DNA of 64,000 nucleotides from Chiloscyllium plagiosum (taxonomy: Eukaryota). Shown piece by piece: positions 40,745-52,395 of this stretch. Each line of letters starts with the position of its first letter. Positions within the stretch are counted from its first letter, which is position 1. A model generated the notes under the pieces. The model saw nothing but the letters and a program-made list of their open reading frames with translations. It was not told where the DNA came from and did no database searches. A program made the translations under genes and the position numbers. The stretch is from positions 13,762,543 to 13,826,542 of the forward strand of contig NC_057749.1 of NCBI RefSeq assembly GCF_004010195.1. Direction: 5' to 3'.

Positions 40745-42300
40745 TGTCTTTTTTTTATTTTTTTAAAGAATTTTATTAAACAGTACAAGTTACATCCAAA
40801 CAGTTAACAATGAACAGCAGTTTACAAAAAAAACCCAGCAATTTACAGAGGAAAGGGGCAGCAAAGCCAGACCCCCAAACCCCACCGTACAACCAGTTCA
40901 CAGGGAAAAGAGGACAAACCTCAAATCCCACCTGATCAGATCAAAAAGGAAACAGTCCGAGAAACCAAACAATAAAAGAGTGCATATAACACATATTCCC
41001 CTGGCAACCCAGCAAACCACCCTCTCCTCTCCCCTTCCGGCTACTCAAAGGCAGCCCGCCCCAATGCCCCTTCCAGCTCTTGGTCTGCCGTGACACACCT
41101 TCCAGCCACCTCCAGGACCATCCGCCTTGGTACCTTCCTGGAGTGACAGCACTGAGGACAGCACTATGCCCTCCAGTTCTCAGTCTGCCCCTACAAACCA
41201 TCTGACTCTCGCCCACCTGGATATGCCATCCAGCCTGTGGACTGCCCTGACAGACGTCCGAGCTGTGTCTCAACCAACTCGTTCCCCTTTCCTGAGATGA
41301 AGGTGCACAGGGCAGCCCACAGGCCTTCTGGATCCTGGCCTGCCCCTACGCACATTCTGGCTCTTGGCTGCTCCAACTTCTGGCCACCTCTAGGACAGCC
41401 CATCCCGATTACCCCTTCTCGGGACGCAGCGCTCAGAATGGCACACTCACCTTCTGGCTTTCGGGGTGATTGGCGTCAGGATGCCCTACCCACCTTCCGA
41501 CTCTTGGGACAGCCTACCCACCTTCTGGTTCTCAGGACGGCCTATCCAACCTCAGGCTCTTGGGACAGCTTTTTGGGATGACCTATGAGTCTCCCAGCTC
41601 ACAGTGAGGCCTGCCAGACCAAGGAACACACAAGACAGTGTGGGTGATAAACCCAACAAGCAACATGACAGAGTTAATTATCAACAAACAGAATCACTTC
41701 TGGTACACAGAATCCATTACCAAAACAGTTTTCTTCAGAATGCAGAGTCCATTCCCAAGAACAGAGTCCACTCTAGTGTGCAAAGTGCATTGTTAGGAAT
41801 AGAGTCCACTCCAGTATGCAGAATCCATTGCCAGAAAATGAGTCCACAACACAACCAAAAGCAGAGTCCACAACCAAAAGCAGAGTCCACAACCAAAAGC
41901 AGAGTCCACTCCAGTGTGCAGAGTCCACTCCTGAAGGCAGCAAATGCATACCCCACAGCGCACACACAGGCATTCGGTCTCCATAGAGGCCTGGTTCATC
42001 CACAGAGAACCAGACCCACTTACAGGAATATAGTTCATTGTAAAAGGTGCAGCTAACTCACAGGGATGGTCCACTCCAACAGGCAGGGTCCAATCCAGGA
42101 TGCAGCAAATGCTCACCTCCCAGCACACGCACAGATGTTCAGTCTTTACTGAGGTATATTCCACCCACAGAGGAACTGTTCATCTGGAAAAGTGCATTAT
42201 CTGATAGGGGACTCAGTCCAACACCAAAAAAGTGAAGACACATGGGAAAAAACAAAGAAAACCAGAACAAAAGGGCTAAGACCTGCCACAAAATCAACAT
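40745..42300 (-). mobile_element. Unclassified polyA-tailed retroelement segment with internal tandem repeats
   Basis: Minus strand ends in AATAAA plus an A-rich tail at 40745-40780. Abrupt shift to C-rich composition on +. Internal ~28-bp and ~19-bp repeat arrays. Confidence 0.45.
41690..41932. repeat. Degenerate ~19-bp minisatellite (core cagagtccac)
   Basis: gcagagtccacaaccaaaa occurs twice exactly from 41861, plus about 8 degenerate units. Confidence 0.8.
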
Positions 42301-43104
42301 AATCCTTGAGATTTGGTATTCTAGTAATTCTATCCTGATCAGTACAAAAAGCTTCAAACAGCATTTCCCGTTTCAAAAAAGTAAATTGATTTTGAAAGGA
42401 CGTCAGCCCCCTGAAATGTTATCTGAACTTTCCCCACAAATGCTGACGAAATGTGATGAGTATTTCCAGACAATCCTGTTTAGATCAGACACTTTGTGGG
42501 AGTGTTATCGGACAAAATAAAATCACCACGGGCCAGATAAGGCAATACGAAACAAGATGACCCAAAGCTTTATTGAAGGGATAGGTTTTAAGGAGCAGCA
42601 AAAGGCAGTTTCAGAGCTTAGGGCCTCGACAGCTGAAAGGACTGTCTTCAATGGTGAAATAAATAGGTAGCACAGCCACAATAAGAGACAGGCTGCATGA
42701 GCTGTCCATCTCCCAGCAGCTGAGTCAGTTCACCCAGCAGTTCATTTCTCCTCTCCTGCCTTCCTCTACGGAGGTCATGTGGCATGTAAAAACCCATAAT
42801 CTGTTTTCCCCTCACATGGTTCAGGTATCTGGACATCATTTACTGCCTGTCCCTAATAGCCCTGGAGAATGGGGTACATGGAGTATACATTGCATGGGTA
42901 TACACACTGCTGTTGGAGATGGAGTTACAAGATCTGTATCTCACCACAATAAAAGAACACTGATACATTTCCACGTCTGCTGCCCTTGGCCTTCTGGATG
43001 GTGAGGCCATGGGTTTGGAAGTGTTACTGATGGAGTATGGGTGATTTATTGCAACGTGGTCAACCTTGTGATTGAAGGAAGGTCATTAATGTACCAATGA
43101 AGAT

Positions 43105-44330
43105 CATAGAGTCATAGAGATGTACAGCATGGAAACAGACCCTTCAGTCCAACTCGTCCACGCCGACCAGATATCCGAACCTAATTTGGTACCATTTGCC
43201 AGCCCTTGACCCATATCTCTCTAAACCCTTCCTATTCATATACCCATCCAGATGCCTTTTAAATGTTGCAATTGTACCAGCCTCTACCACTTCCTCTGGC
43301 AGCTCATTCCATACATGCACCACCCTCTGTGTGAAAATGTTGACTCTTAGGTCCCTTTTATATGTTTTCCCTCTCACCCTAAACATATGCCCTTTAGCTC
43401 TGGACTCCCTCACCACAGGGAAAAGACATTGTCTATTTACCCTAACCATGCCCCTCATGATTTTGTAAACCTTTATGAGGTCACTCCTCACACTCAGACA
43501 CTGCAGGGAAAACTGCCAAAGCCTATTCAGCTTCTCCTTATAGCTCAAACCCTCCAATCCTGGTATCATCCTCAAAATCTTTTCTGAACCCTTTCAAGTT
43601 TCACAACATCTTTCCGATAGAAAGGAGACCAGCATTGCATGCAATATTCCAAAAGTGACCGAACCAACATCCTGTACAACTGCAACATGACCTCCCAACT
43701 CCTTTACTCAATGCTCTGACCAATAAAGGAAAGCATACTAAACGCCTTCTTCACTATCCTATCCACCTGTGACTCTACTTTCAGGGAGCTATGAAGCTGC
43801 ACTCCAAGGTCTCTTTGTTCAGCAACACTCCCTTGGACCTTGCCATTAAGTGTATAGGCCCTGCTAAGATTTGCTTTTCCAAAATGCAGCACCTCACATT
43901 TATTTAAATTAAATTCTATCTGCCACTCCTCAACGCATTGGCCCATCTGATTAAGATCCCATTATAATCTGAGGTAACCTTCTTTGCTGTCCACTACACC
44001 TCCAATTTTGGTGTCATCTGCAAACTTACTAACCATACCTCCTACGTTCACGTCCAAATTATATAAATGATAAAAAGAGTGGACCCAGCCCACTGATCCT
44101 TGTGGCCCTCCACTGGCCCCAAGTCTCTAGTCTGAAAAGCAACCCTCTACCACCAAACTCTGTTTTCTCCTTTCAAGTCTGTTCTATAGCCAAATGTCTA
44201 GTCCACCCTGTATTCCATAAGATCTAAACTTGCTAACCAATCTCCCATGGGCAACCTTGTTGAACGCCATAGTTAATCCATATAGATCATGTCCACCACT
44301 CTGCCCTCATCAATCCTTCTGTTACCTCTT
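43105..44330 (-). mobile_element. CR1 LINE 3' ~1.2 kb
   Basis: RMIPGLEGLSYKEKLNRL...DLIKVYKIMRG. Same subfamily as 34020-35143, in opposite orientation. Confidence 0.95.
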
Positions 44331-44365
44331 CCTCCAGTGATAGTAATTTTCTTGAGTTCCTTTCT

Positions 44366-44863
44366 GGATGTAGGTTTGCCCCCAGACACCTCGCCACCAC
44401 ACTAGGCAACATCATCAGCGAGCCTCCAGATGAAGCACTGGCGGCATGGCCAGCCCCCTATTTGTATGTCTGGGCCTCCCTGGGCCGGTGATGTCACTTC
44501 CTCTGGTGATGTCATTTCTTGTTCTTCTCCCGGGGGGTGGCAAATGGGATCCAAGCCAACGCCTCCACCGATAGAGTTCCAGCCAGAATGCTTAGAAGCA
44601 TGGCATTCCAACCGGAACTCCACCAACAAAGACACCGACCCGCATCTCATCCACCACCCCCAGAGAAAAAAGAACAGGAAAGGACGTCACCAACCCAAGC
44701 ACACAAACAGAAAGTAGGCCATGCCACCAACGCTTCATTTGGAGGCACACCAACGACGCCACCCAGCACAGCGACGAAATGTCCGAAAACTAACTCTCCA
44801 GCTCAGTGAGCAAACCTAAATCCAGAACCTCAACCTGAGCTACAAATCTTCTCAAAACTCGCC
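44366..44863. mobile_element. Penelope fold-back element with T>C hypermutation
   Basis: Same pLTR family as 2668-2874 and 3727-3840. Hairpin centre gaatgc-ttagaagcatg-gcattc at ~44586-44608. TSD gagttcctttct at 44354-44365 and 44864-44875. Confidence 0.85.
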
Positions 44864-45204
44864 GAGTTCCTTTCTCCCTACTTTTCCTGACCTATATCTT
44901 ACTAGTAGACACTATGGCAGGCTTCACTAACATACGAGCCATCAGGCCATTGTACAAGATACAGTCAAACGTGACTGCAAGGTTAAGGGTTTATACGATT
45001 TTCCAATTCACAATTTCTCTCCCATGATTGTTGCTAATGGATTCCTCTCCGGTTTACTGCCCCTTCACCTTAGCTAGCCCAACTCTCAAACCCTCATAAC
45101 TGTCTTAACTAAGTTGCAGATACTAGTCACTTTTCACTCCTCAAACTGAAAGTAGAATTTAATCATATTATGGTCACTACTTCCCTGGGAAGAGTTCACT
45201 GATT

Positions 45205-45335
45205 CATCAGCGCTGCTGGGGGGGTGGGGGAAACACTGACGTCATGTCATCCCCCACGTGTCTTTGATCACGTGATCAGAGCCCCGCCCCTCCTGGTCTT
45301 GCGCCTTAACATGGCGGCAGTGAATCCGTGGCTTG
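45205..45335 (+). promoter_or_regulatory. Promoter-like motif cluster in a CpG-rich patch
   Basis: TGACGTCA 45237-45244, CACGTG 45255-45260, TGATCACGTGATCA 45265-45278, GCCCCGCCCC 45281-45290, AACATGGCGGC 45308-45318. Confidence 0.55.
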
Positions 45336-45340
45336 GTACT

Positions 45341-45492
45341 TTAGATTAGATTCCCTACAGTGTGGAAACAGGCCCTTCAGCCCAACAAGTCCATACCGAC
45401 CCTCTGAAGAGTAACCCACCCCCCCTCTGACTAATGCACCTAACTACTATGGACAATTTAGCATGGCCAATTCACCTGACCTGCACATCTTT
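45341..45492 (-). mobile_element. HE1/V-SINE 3' fragment
   Basis: ttagattagattccctacagtgtggaaacaggccc...gcatggccaattcacct matches 55976-56140. Confidence 0.85.
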
Positions 45493-46210
45493 TCTACTGC
45501 ACTGCTCATTCGGTTAAAAAACAGTTCAACAGACTGAAGTGAAACTGTGTCTTCAAGTCGTACTTATATTTAAAATTAAAATAACTGGAGTGCGACCAAT
45601 TCCATTGCCTTGCACCAATTCCCTCTTTTACCTCAGTAGGGGAGAGTTTTCCATGCGCTCACGTTTTTTTTGTGCGGGTGTCGGATATTCCGGTTTGGGG
45701 GTGGGGAACCCACCGATGCCGGCTCCGGTGTTGACCGCAACAGCGGGGATTACGTTTGAGAGAAAACATCTTTTTGTCTATTAATAAAAACAATTCAGTT
45801 TAAAACAAAACGCTGTTTGCAATCCTAAACCAGAATGAAATCAAATTCAAAAAGAATCCTTGATTTACCTTCCTTGCCTACGGACACCCATAAGCTCTCT
45901 CGAAGGCAGTGATTCACACTGGGGTAAAATTCATTTTTATAAAACATTGCCCAATAGTCAAATTGCCAATTTTGAAAAATGAACCCAGACAGTGTGCTAC
46001 TAGACTGGTCAACAATGGAAGGGCCTTACAACCCCATCTGATCTGATACCTGCATATGCACTTTCCAGAAAACGTCACAACTGGAAGCAAGAAACTGACT
46101 TCTTGCAATCCAACATCGCACCAGGACACTGCATATGCTGTGTTAAAATTTTTTGATGTTATGAACGTGGTAAATAATGTGGTAATACTCAGATAATCTG
46201 TTTTAATAGT

Positions 46211-46789
46211 TTTTGTGGTTCTGTTCGCCGAGCTGGGAATTTGTGTTGCAGACGTTTTGTCCCCTGTCTAGGTGACATCCTCAGTGCTTGGGAGCCTCTT
46301 GTGAAGCGCTTCTGTGATCTTTCCTCCGCCATTTGTAGTGGTTTGAATCTGCCACTGAATCATTTCCGAACTGACAGCCAGACTACTGCAACCACTAGGA
46401 CTCAAACAGCACACAAACCAACAGCCACTCTCAGACAACAACTCACCAGAACGAAGGACCCGATACCCAGCATGAGCAAAACCAATGTAGTGTACAAAAT
46501 CCCATGCAAGGACTGCACAAAACACTACATAGGACAAACAGGAAGACAGCTAACGATCTGCATCCATGAACACCAACTAGCCACGAAACGACACGACCAG
46601 CTATCCTTAGCAGTCAAAACCACTACAAATGGCGAAGGAAAGATCACAGAAGCGCTTCACAGGAGGCTCCCAAGCACTGAGAATGTCACCTAGTCAGGGG
46701 ACGAAACGTCTGCAGCACAAATTCCCAGCTCGGCGAACAGAACCACAACAACGAGCACCCGAGCTAAAAATCTTCTCACAAACTCTGAA
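46211..46789. mobile_element. Penelope element with inverted pLTRs and internal GIY-YIG remnant
   Basis: Plus-strand SKTNVVYKIPCKDCTKHYIGQTGRQL..IHEHQLATKRHD; ~135-bp inverted arms; imperfect TSD ctgtttta..agt. Confidence 0.9.
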
Positions 46790-47089
46790 CTGTTTTAGCA
46801 GTGTTGCTGACCATAGATTAACTTGCCTAGATTAACTCCTTTAAAGCAGTGCCATAGAATCTTCTACATTCAGCTGAAGATCAGGTAGACCCTCAGTTTA
46901 ACATTTCTTCCAACATGTCTGATAGTTCAGTACTTGCCCAGTACCGCACTTAATGTTAGACTTAGTTTTTACACAGTCCACTAACATACTCCTACCAGAA
47001 TCAAGTGGTTCAGAGATGAAAATGTTACCAACCTGTCATCAGCAATCACTCGCTAACAATATTGATCAACCACCCAGGAAATTCCATGT

Positions 47090-48190
47090 CAGTGCTCATG
47101 AGTTCTGGGAGTCCTTGCGTGACTAATGAGCCCAATCCTGGAGCCACATCTCCAACTACACATTGATAGGTGCTTCTGGAAGGTGGAAATGATCTTTGGC
47201 CTTGAGATCATTGGCAATCCTTTAAGGCCATATGAGACAGAAACAGGAATAAGCTGTTTGGCTCCTTGAGATAGCAACCATGCATAATCCAAGTTTAGGA
47301 GTCAAACAGAGGGAAGGATGACTGCCTAATATACAAAGATATTGGTATCATCATAGATGTCACGGTCATTTAAGACCCTTAATTTTTGGCATTTGAAGGT
47401 GGATCTTGCAGATCGGATGCAATGTGGAATCTCTTCATTGATATCAGCCTTAGATGTCAGATAGCTTTCCAGGTGGGGGAAACGTTCCACTTTTGGGAGG
47501 ATTTCTCTGTTGATCTTAATGGAGGGATGGACCAAAACATGACCTGGGATAGGTTGTTAAATGATTCGAGTCTTGAAGTTGAGGCAAAGCCAATTCCTTA
47601 GTATGCTTCCATGAAGGCACTAAACTTAGCTTCTCTTACAAAACAGCAGAAATGACACTATCATCCATTTACAGTCAATTCTGACATGCTGTTCCCCTGC
47701 GAGTTCGCATAGTAAGAAAATTGTGCAATAGTCACACTATGTAAACTAATGAAGCTGGAATTGCATTATAGCCAATACAGGTAAGGAAAGTTCGTATTCA
47801 ACAAACAAACTGTCTAAATTCTTCAATCACATTAAACTCACATTGAAGAAACACGTGTTATACAGAACCGACTGTACTAAAGTCCCACGGCCAATGGTGG
47901 TGTCATTTTCCTCTTGGATTTCAATTGGCTGAAATTGAAAACTTTCCATCCATCTTGTAAACGATGCCCACAACACTGGGAAGCATGTTCTTGAGAAGAT
48001 GAAGGATGGTGGCAATGAAGATGGAGAAAAGAGTTGGGGTAGTGACAGATTCCTGCGTGACCCCTGTCTTGACTGCAAAGGTTTCAATCATATTACAGTC
48101 AGTGAGGACCAAGCCACAGCTGACAAAGGTCAAAATGTAACAATCAGGTCCGAGAGCACATGTTTTTGAGGGCAAGCTAGGCATATTTAT
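47090..48190 (-). mobile_element. RTE-type LINE fragments
   Basis: ETFAVKTGVTQESVTTPTLFSIFIA and IKINREILPKVERFPHLESYL..KADINEEI...IRSARSTF are RTE RT-like. Confidence 0.75.
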
Positions 48191-49629
48191 TGTGACTGCT
48201 CAGAAAACAATTACGGTAAAGGTCTGAGGATTAATTTAAACATTATGCCTGGACTGAAACCCTACTTGCTGTCCTTTGATTTTTTTCAGACTGATCTTCC
48301 AAGGCAAATCGTTCCAAATCCCCCAAGTGCAGGAATTCCCACAGAGTTTTGAAAATAATCTTTGCAGTGGGCAAGAGTTTAGTTGTTCCAAAGCTTCTTT
48401 TAAATTCTCTACATAGTTTTACTTTAAGTCGGTGAGGGAGTAGTATGGGTGAGGTAAATGGGTAGGAGTGGTGCTTTGAGGTGATAGCGTGACAGCTGGG
48501 TAGGATGCATTAATAGGTCAGCAGGGTAGTCATGACTAGTCAGGGGAATTGATGGGCATGGGGTCAGAGTTGAATGGTGACATTGGGTTGGAGAAGGCAT
48601 TCGTCAGGTTGCAGAAGGTAATGGTAGGGTCGGGGGAAGTGGGAAAACTCAGTCTTAAGTGGGGATGGTGGGACAGTTGTATATTTAGCCAGTAGTTGCA
48701 CATGATTTTAAACTGTCTAACATTTCTTCGGGAATTCTCTAGGTAAGTAGGTCACAACTATCTATAATTGCTGACACTTGGAATCAAATTACTTTTGGAA
48801 GGTTCTGGAGAACAGGGGAATTGCCCATTTGAAGTTCAACAGAGCCAGTGAGTCAGGATCTTTGCAGGGACTTGCCATACATCTTTTGGATTTATATGTA
48901 GCTTTTGACAATCTGAAGACTCAAAGATTTGGGCCTGTTCTTTTAAGGAATAGTGCAGACTGGAATTACATGAAGAACCTGATAAAGAAAAAACGTTGGG
49001 GAGGATTGTGATACAAAAGACACTCTAAACTGATTCAAAAAGGCAACAATATCCAAGTAGATAATGACTCACATTCAGGCATTTCCAAAATATAATTTTG
49101 CACAAATATAACCGAAAGGTAATTAAACAAATAAATACTTGCCTCAGGCACTTCTTCTGATGCCAAGAAATGTTTTTTATTCCCCGTACCCCAGCTGCAG
49201 TCCATGCATATTGGTGGCTGGACAGCATTAATTGTCCATTCCTAGCTGCTCTTGTCGGTAAGCTACCTTCATGAACCACTGTAGTCCCTGAACTGACAAC
49301 TAACTTTCTATAAGAAAGGAATATTGTACTGCCAAACAAGTGGAATGATTCTTTTTCATTTTTCCTATTAAAAGTACAGCTAGATATCCATTACTTTTAA
49401 ATCCGCACATCTTAGATCACACAAATGTTATTCTTCTAAGGAAAATGAAGCATTGTTCATAGATATTTACCATATTAAATAAAATATACTCATTTCACTG
49501 TACATGTATTATGATGTGGAATTTGTCACCAATATGTTTCTGTAAAACTGTTTTGTGGTCTGGATTCTCATTTTAATGATCATTGCTTCAAAACAATAGG
49601 TATCATTATCAAATAAAATCCATTAGGTA

Positions 49630-49990
49630 GCCTGTATATCCAAGACAGAAAGTATAGGCTCATGCCCCTTCAGCACCTAATCTAGACTGATACTTTGGCA
49701 TTATACTGAGGAGATGCTGCACTGCCTTGCTGTGCCATTCTTCGATAAGACTTTAAGCCAAAGCTTGGTTAGGTAGATCATAGAATGTCCCAAGGCACTT
49801 TTTGACGAAGAGTAAGCAACATATGGTCAATTTTTATGGCAAATATTCTTTCCTCAACCATCAGCAAAATCAGATTAATTTGTTATTCATTGTATCGCTG
49901 TCTATACAAAGGGAATAATACCACCACATAACAGCTATGCAATTCAAACTCATTCACTGCATTTGAAATGAGTTTGTATACTCCTGGGAG
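49630..49990 (+). mobile_element. Deu-domain SINE (SacSINE/AmnSINE-like)
   Basis: tctagactgatact..gcattatactgaggagatgctgcactg...gtgccattcttcgataagactttaagcc...cccaaggcactttttgacgaagag resembles the recalled Deu core. Confidence 0.55.
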
Positions 49991-52260
49991 ATGTGATGTC
50001 CTAAAGTGAATGCAAGCTTTTTTTTTACACAGCATTCGACAAGAACACAGTGAAACAAATAAATCTGTCTCTGACAAGTTAGTACGGCTCTATAAGAATT
50101 CTAATTATTTGGAGTTTGGCAGTCATATAAAAAGACTCAACAGTCTCTTAAAAAGTGTTTTCAAGTCACTCACAAAGTGCTTTATCAATAATGGCTAGTT
50201 GGTAACTGCTTCCAAATAATGGTGTTCCAAATAATTATCCATTTAAATTCTAAAGTTATACAGAATCTGAATAACTTGCAAACATATGAATTGGAGGCTT
50301 CAGTAAATAGTATTCTTTACAAGATATGTCAATATTGCTGGAAACAAAACTGTTCAACCGTTTCCCTAATTGGCTGAGAGAGACAGCTTTCAGAAATGTG
50401 AGGCACCACAGCTCTGATTTGCCTAGTTTGGCTCCAGCATGCCTAGGTCAACAGGTGAAAGCTATTACCTAAAATCAACCTTTTCAAGGTCTTGTGCTGG
50501 AGGTTCCCAACAGTACTAAGTGTAATTTGGTACCAACTCTCTCAGATCACTAAAGCAGAAGAAAGACCATGCAGATCCACTGTGCAGTTATTTAGACAAA
50601 GGGGACATCCTACAGAAAGTTAACAAGGAATTGGGACTCTGCCTCACAGCGGTCATTACATTCCAGAATTTTCTCCTCTGAAAAATCAGTGAAGGAGCAC
50701 ATTTGAAAGAAAAAAATTCAGTGATGCTGAAGAATTTACAGATTTGAAAAATTTGCAAAAGCTCAAGAAAATGTGTGTGAACCAAACTTGCCTTAAAATG
50801 CTTTAAAATAGTAGGGTTGACACAAAAATGCTCAAGGAGAGAAACATAAATTTTCTTCCCCAATTGTATTAACACTAGAGTAAATTGCTGCTAATAGTAG
50901 GAGGCAAAAACTAGTCAGAATAAAGCAGTGCACAGTGACAAATGAGGGTGATCTGAGGGTTAGTACAGCTCAGGCACAATGCTGAAATTTTCTAACAATG
51001 TGCAATTGTATGACATCTTCAAAGCAGAAAAGTAATTTCACAAAAGCAAATTGAAATGATTTGCCAAATGTGCAATGCCACAATGGTTTTCCACAAATTT
51101 GATGGTTACTGACACATTGTAATGCCTAAGCCAAGTAGCAAATTAATCTTACACGTCAGTCTTTTTCATATTGCAAAATCTTCTAACCAATTGTAGAATG
51201 TTCCCGGGACCAGAGTTTCCATCACAGTTGGTTTCTCCAGTCATGAAAACTACAGCACGACTGTCACCTCTGAGAACTTGTGTCGATTTAGGTTTGATCT
51301 CCGGCTCTCGTGTTAAAATAAAGAGAGCACCTCTAATTTTTGGATTGATTATATACAGGTGATAAAATTGAGCCATATCCAATGATTACAATATGATTAG
51401 GTAAACATAATCCCCCACTTAGCTAACATCACAAAGAAAACAGAAATGGTCTTAGGTATGGCATGCATCTAAAATTAATAACTTATATTCAATGTGCTTT
51501 TCCAATAACTATTTGTTGCTATTTTAATACTTTTAGTTCTAATCAACTAATTTTGAGACAGTAAAAATCCAGATTGCTTATAAATCTGGAGGATGTAATA
51601 ATAATTAAAAAGTCATTTTTGTAATAAGAATGATTTTCATTGGCACAGCACGCTGACACACAAAAATCATTCAAATTCAGATGCAACAAAGTTTCCCAGA
51701 TCTTGCATGAAGCACATGGAAGTGGAAGATAGTTACAAAGTTAAGTTTTCTAGAAGATTCATCACTGAAGGTTTTCAAGAAATCTGTGAACTAAGGAATT
51801 TAATTACAAGCCTTCAGCGAGGAAATGGAATTTGTTTCTTATCCTCAAATTTAACCCATTAAATTCTCAAAAACTACTATGCATTTTAACTTGCTCCTCC
51901 ACCTCTCCCTTTGTTTCCCCAATTTTCTTTTCTTTTGTCTCAGAAAGGTTTACTTTGCAACAGAAAGGTTTAAAATTAGAATTGGATTAATCATAGAAAT
52001 TGTTCACATCATTCTGATTAGAAGAGCTGAAGGAGTCAGTCAGCTGGACAGCCCAAAGGAGCAGAATTAAGGTTTGTCAAAATGTTAACTGAGACCTTAG
52101 GTATTCATGTTACTCAGCTGTTTGTATGAATTCAGTTTGTACTGTTGGGTTCAGTTACTACACCATGCAGTTAACCTAGTATCCTCTGTTCTTGCTGAAA
52201 GACAGGCAGTGTCATAAAATTAACCAGGAGCTTTTATGATAGTTTCATTTGTTAAGACAG

Positions 52261-52395
52261 GGTAAAAACAAGGACTGCAGATGCTGGAATCCAGAGTCTA
52301 GATTAGAGTGGTACTGGAGAAGCACAGCAGGTCAGGCAGCATCTGAGGAGCAGGAAAATCGACATTTCGGGCAAAAGCCCTTCATCAGGAAACTA
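52261..52395 (-). mobile_element. Single-arm family A pLTR with hammerhead
   Basis: Minus strand ttc CTGATGA A GGGC tttt GCCC GAAA TGTC gattt. 14-bp TSD atttgttaagacag at 52247-52260 and 52396-52409. Confidence 0.85.

Noticed and set aside
41690..41932. CRISPR-like repeat array
   Set aside because: Vertebrate intron, degenerate ~19-bp minisatellite without unique spacers, and no cas genes.
45311..45335. MAAVNPW resembles the recalled HAUS2 N-terminus (MAAANPW)
   Set aside because: Only 7 residues; no continuation or downstream HAUS2 exons were found.
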